A stretch of DNA of 64,000 nucleotides from positions 32,001-96,000 of the IMG/VR virus record IMGVR_UViG_2934470325_000001; one strand, written 5' to 3'. Source of the stretch: a virus. Lineage: Duplodnaviria; Caudoviricetes. A program made the translations under genes and the position numbers. This document shows, piece after piece, positions 62,653 to 64,000 of this stretch (position 1 is the first letter of the stretch; every line of letters starts with the position of its first letter). A model generated the notes under the pieces. It searched no databases and was not told the origin of the DNA. It worked only from the letters and a program-made list of their open reading frames with translations.

Positions 62653-63530
62653 CGGGCACCACCGAACGGGCGGATCGGCCACTCGACGCTCACACCGTCG
62701 GCGCGCGCACGCAGGTCGGCGGCGTCCTGCGTGAGCGTGGCCCGCTCCGCGTCGTCCCCGGCACGCCCAGCCCGGTACTCCAGCTCGTTGGCCTGCCGCA
62801 GCCAGTAGGCAGCCAGCCCTTTCGCCTGCTCCGCATACCAGCCCACCTGGGCGTCGTGCAGCTCAGCGAGCGTCAGCTTCCCGAACTCCTGAAACCCGCG
62901 CACGATCCGCTCCGGGTACCGGCGGTCCCGGTAGATGTCGGCCACGCTCATGGCGTGCGACGTGGCCTGCTGGGCGCGCTGACCCAACCGGTACGCCACC
63001 CGGGCCGCAGCCAACGCGTCAGCCGTGCAGTCGTGGGCGTTGTCGATCAGCGCCCCGTAGGTGGCGCACAGGTCGGTCAGCTTCCGCTTGCCCGGCCGGT
63101 ACCGGTCGAGAGCCTTGTCGATGACCATCGGATCGATGACCGGGCTGAGCGTGGCACCGTTCAGACGGTCGGTGACGGTCGGCAGGCCGTGCCGGCGGGC
63201 TTCCCGGTCCAGCAGCGTCAGGTCGTAGGGGGCGTTCGCCACGACCAGCGGCACGCCGGCCGTGACCGCTCCGGCCAGGGCGTTGACGATCCACGCCACC
63301 TCGGCGGCCGGCGGCTTACCTTCGGCCTGCACCCGTTCGGTCGTCCAGCCGTGCACCTCGGCGGCGGCGTCGGGCACGTCCACGCCGGGGTTGATGACCG
63401 TGGAACGGATCTGCGGCGCGGCACCCGGTTCGATCATGACGACGGCGGCGGTGACGATCCGGTCCGCCTCGACGTCCACGCCGGTCGTCTCGCAGTCGTA
63501 GGCCAGCATCGGGCCGAGATGCCAACTCAT
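62649..63530 (-). CDS. DEDDh 3'-5' exonuclease (DnaQ-like)
   Basis: AYDCETTG, VHG, NAPYDL, VIDP, NAHDCTADA. Confidence 0.9.
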   Translation of the reverse strand: MSWHLGPMLAYDCETTGVDVEADRIVTAAVVMIEPGAAPQIRSTVINPGVDVPDAAAEVHGWTTERVQAEGKPPAAEVAWIVNALAGAVTAGVPLVVANAPYDLTLLDREARRHGLPTVTDRLNGATLSPVIDPMVIDKALDRYRPGKRKLTDLCATYGALIDNAHDCTADALAAARVAYRLGQRAQQATSHAMSVADIYRDRRYPERIVRGFQEFGKLTLAELHDAQVGWYAEQAKGLAAYWLRQANELEYRAGRAGDDAERATLTQDAADLRARADGVSVEWPIRPFGGAR

Positions 63531-64000
63531 GCGATGGATCCCTTCTCGACCTCGACGAGGAACGCCTCCATGTCGAAGCCGTTCATCTCGTCGGACACCT
63601 TCTTGAACCGGCTGTAGATGCGCTCCTCAAGAGCCGCTGAGTTCCACTTCCGCTTCCCGGCGGCACCCTGGATTTGCACCCACAGGGCGTCCTTGTCCGG
63701 CTCGATCTCCGCGTCAACCGGCTCGCCCTGCGAGTCCGACGCGGAGACAGTCGGCGCGGCAGGATTCGCGGGATCCGACTGGGCGGCAGGGGCAAGATCC
63801 TTTGCCCGCCCCTCCAACACCTTCTTCGTCGCGTCGGTCAACGCACCGTCCCGAGCGGCGTCCTTCCAGAGGGCCTGCAACTGGGGAATGGTCTTGACCA
63901 TGCCGGCCAGCCGCACCACCTCCGACTCGGTCAGCTTCTCCGAGTCCTGCGGCGTCTCCGGCGCGGCACCGATCGCGGCAAGATGCTGGGCGACCATCGC
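63527..64000 (-). CDS. C-terminal part of a recombination-region protein (partial)
   Basis: Open to window edge; ATGA-coupled to exonuclease. Confidence 0.65.
   Translation of the reverse strand, partial: AMVAQHLAAIGAAPETPQDSEKLTESEVVRLAGMVKTIPQLQALWKDAARDGALTDATKKVLEGRAKDLAPAAQSDPANPAAPTVSASDSQGEPVDAEIEPDKDALWVQIQGAAGKRKWNSAALEERIYSRFKKVSDEMNGFDMEAFLVEVEKGSIA

Larger units (their letters stand above)
11489..64000 (-). mobile_element. Temperate siphovirus-type prophage core (lysis, tail, head, packaging, replication, early genes); continues past the right edge and probably includes the accessory and tra region to the left
   Basis: Canonical syntenic order TerS-TerL-portal-protease-capsid-head/tail-major tail-chaperones-tape measure-Dit-minor tails-lysin-holin, plus initiator/loader/DnaB; dense co-oriented genes with ATGA/GTGA overlaps. 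Confidence 0.95.

Noticed and set aside
61965-63617. 550-aa plus-strand ORF
   Set aside because: Antisense to exonuclease, coiled-coil and HNH genes, which have clear motifs.
1-64000. Integrase, att sites, tRNA or rRNA genes, cos/pac site
   Set aside because: None recognised by eye; short att or cos sequences cannot be excluded without flanking sequence and computation.

Overview
High-GC actinobacterial DNA (host probably Micromonosporaceae-like; inference from the host-type WhiB1 and DnaN sequences). Nearly the whole window is a temperate siphovirus-type prophage read on the minus strand. From right to left: recombination/nucleotide-metabolism and early genes (DEDDh exonuclease, HNH, ASCH, RusA-like, Gp37Gp68, DUF4326, WhiB, dcd, dnaN, a PglX-like protein); a replication module (initiator with internal iterons, DnaC/IstB-like loader, DnaB); many small middle genes (SLOG/YspA, three DUF6221 paralogs); a promoter-terminator late switch; packaging and head genes (TerS, TerL, portal-MuF fusion, ClpP protease/scaffold, decoration, capsid); a block of extra virion genes including a glycoside hydrolase; head-tail and tail genes with a -1 frameshifted chaperone; and a lysis cassette. 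Left of the lysis genes (5.8-11.3 kb) are self-contained accessory cassettes with their own operators. At the far left (1-5.7 kb) is a plus-strand operon built around a TraB/FtsK-like DNA translocase, with membrane proteins and a membrane-anchored GIY-YIG protein. No integrase, att site, tRNA, rRNA or CRISPR array was recognised, so both ends of the element probably lie outside the window. The best leads are: (i) a conjugation-type TraB module apparently contiguous with the prophage, (ii) a catalytically truncated PglX (BREX-2/Pgl) homolog ending in a beta-clamp-binding motif near a phage-encoded clamp, (iii) acr/aca-like operator-controlled cassettes with GNAT and very acidic proteins, and (iv) a possible head filament tipped by a glycoside hydrolase. 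All family calls come from motif recognition by eye; no database search was run.
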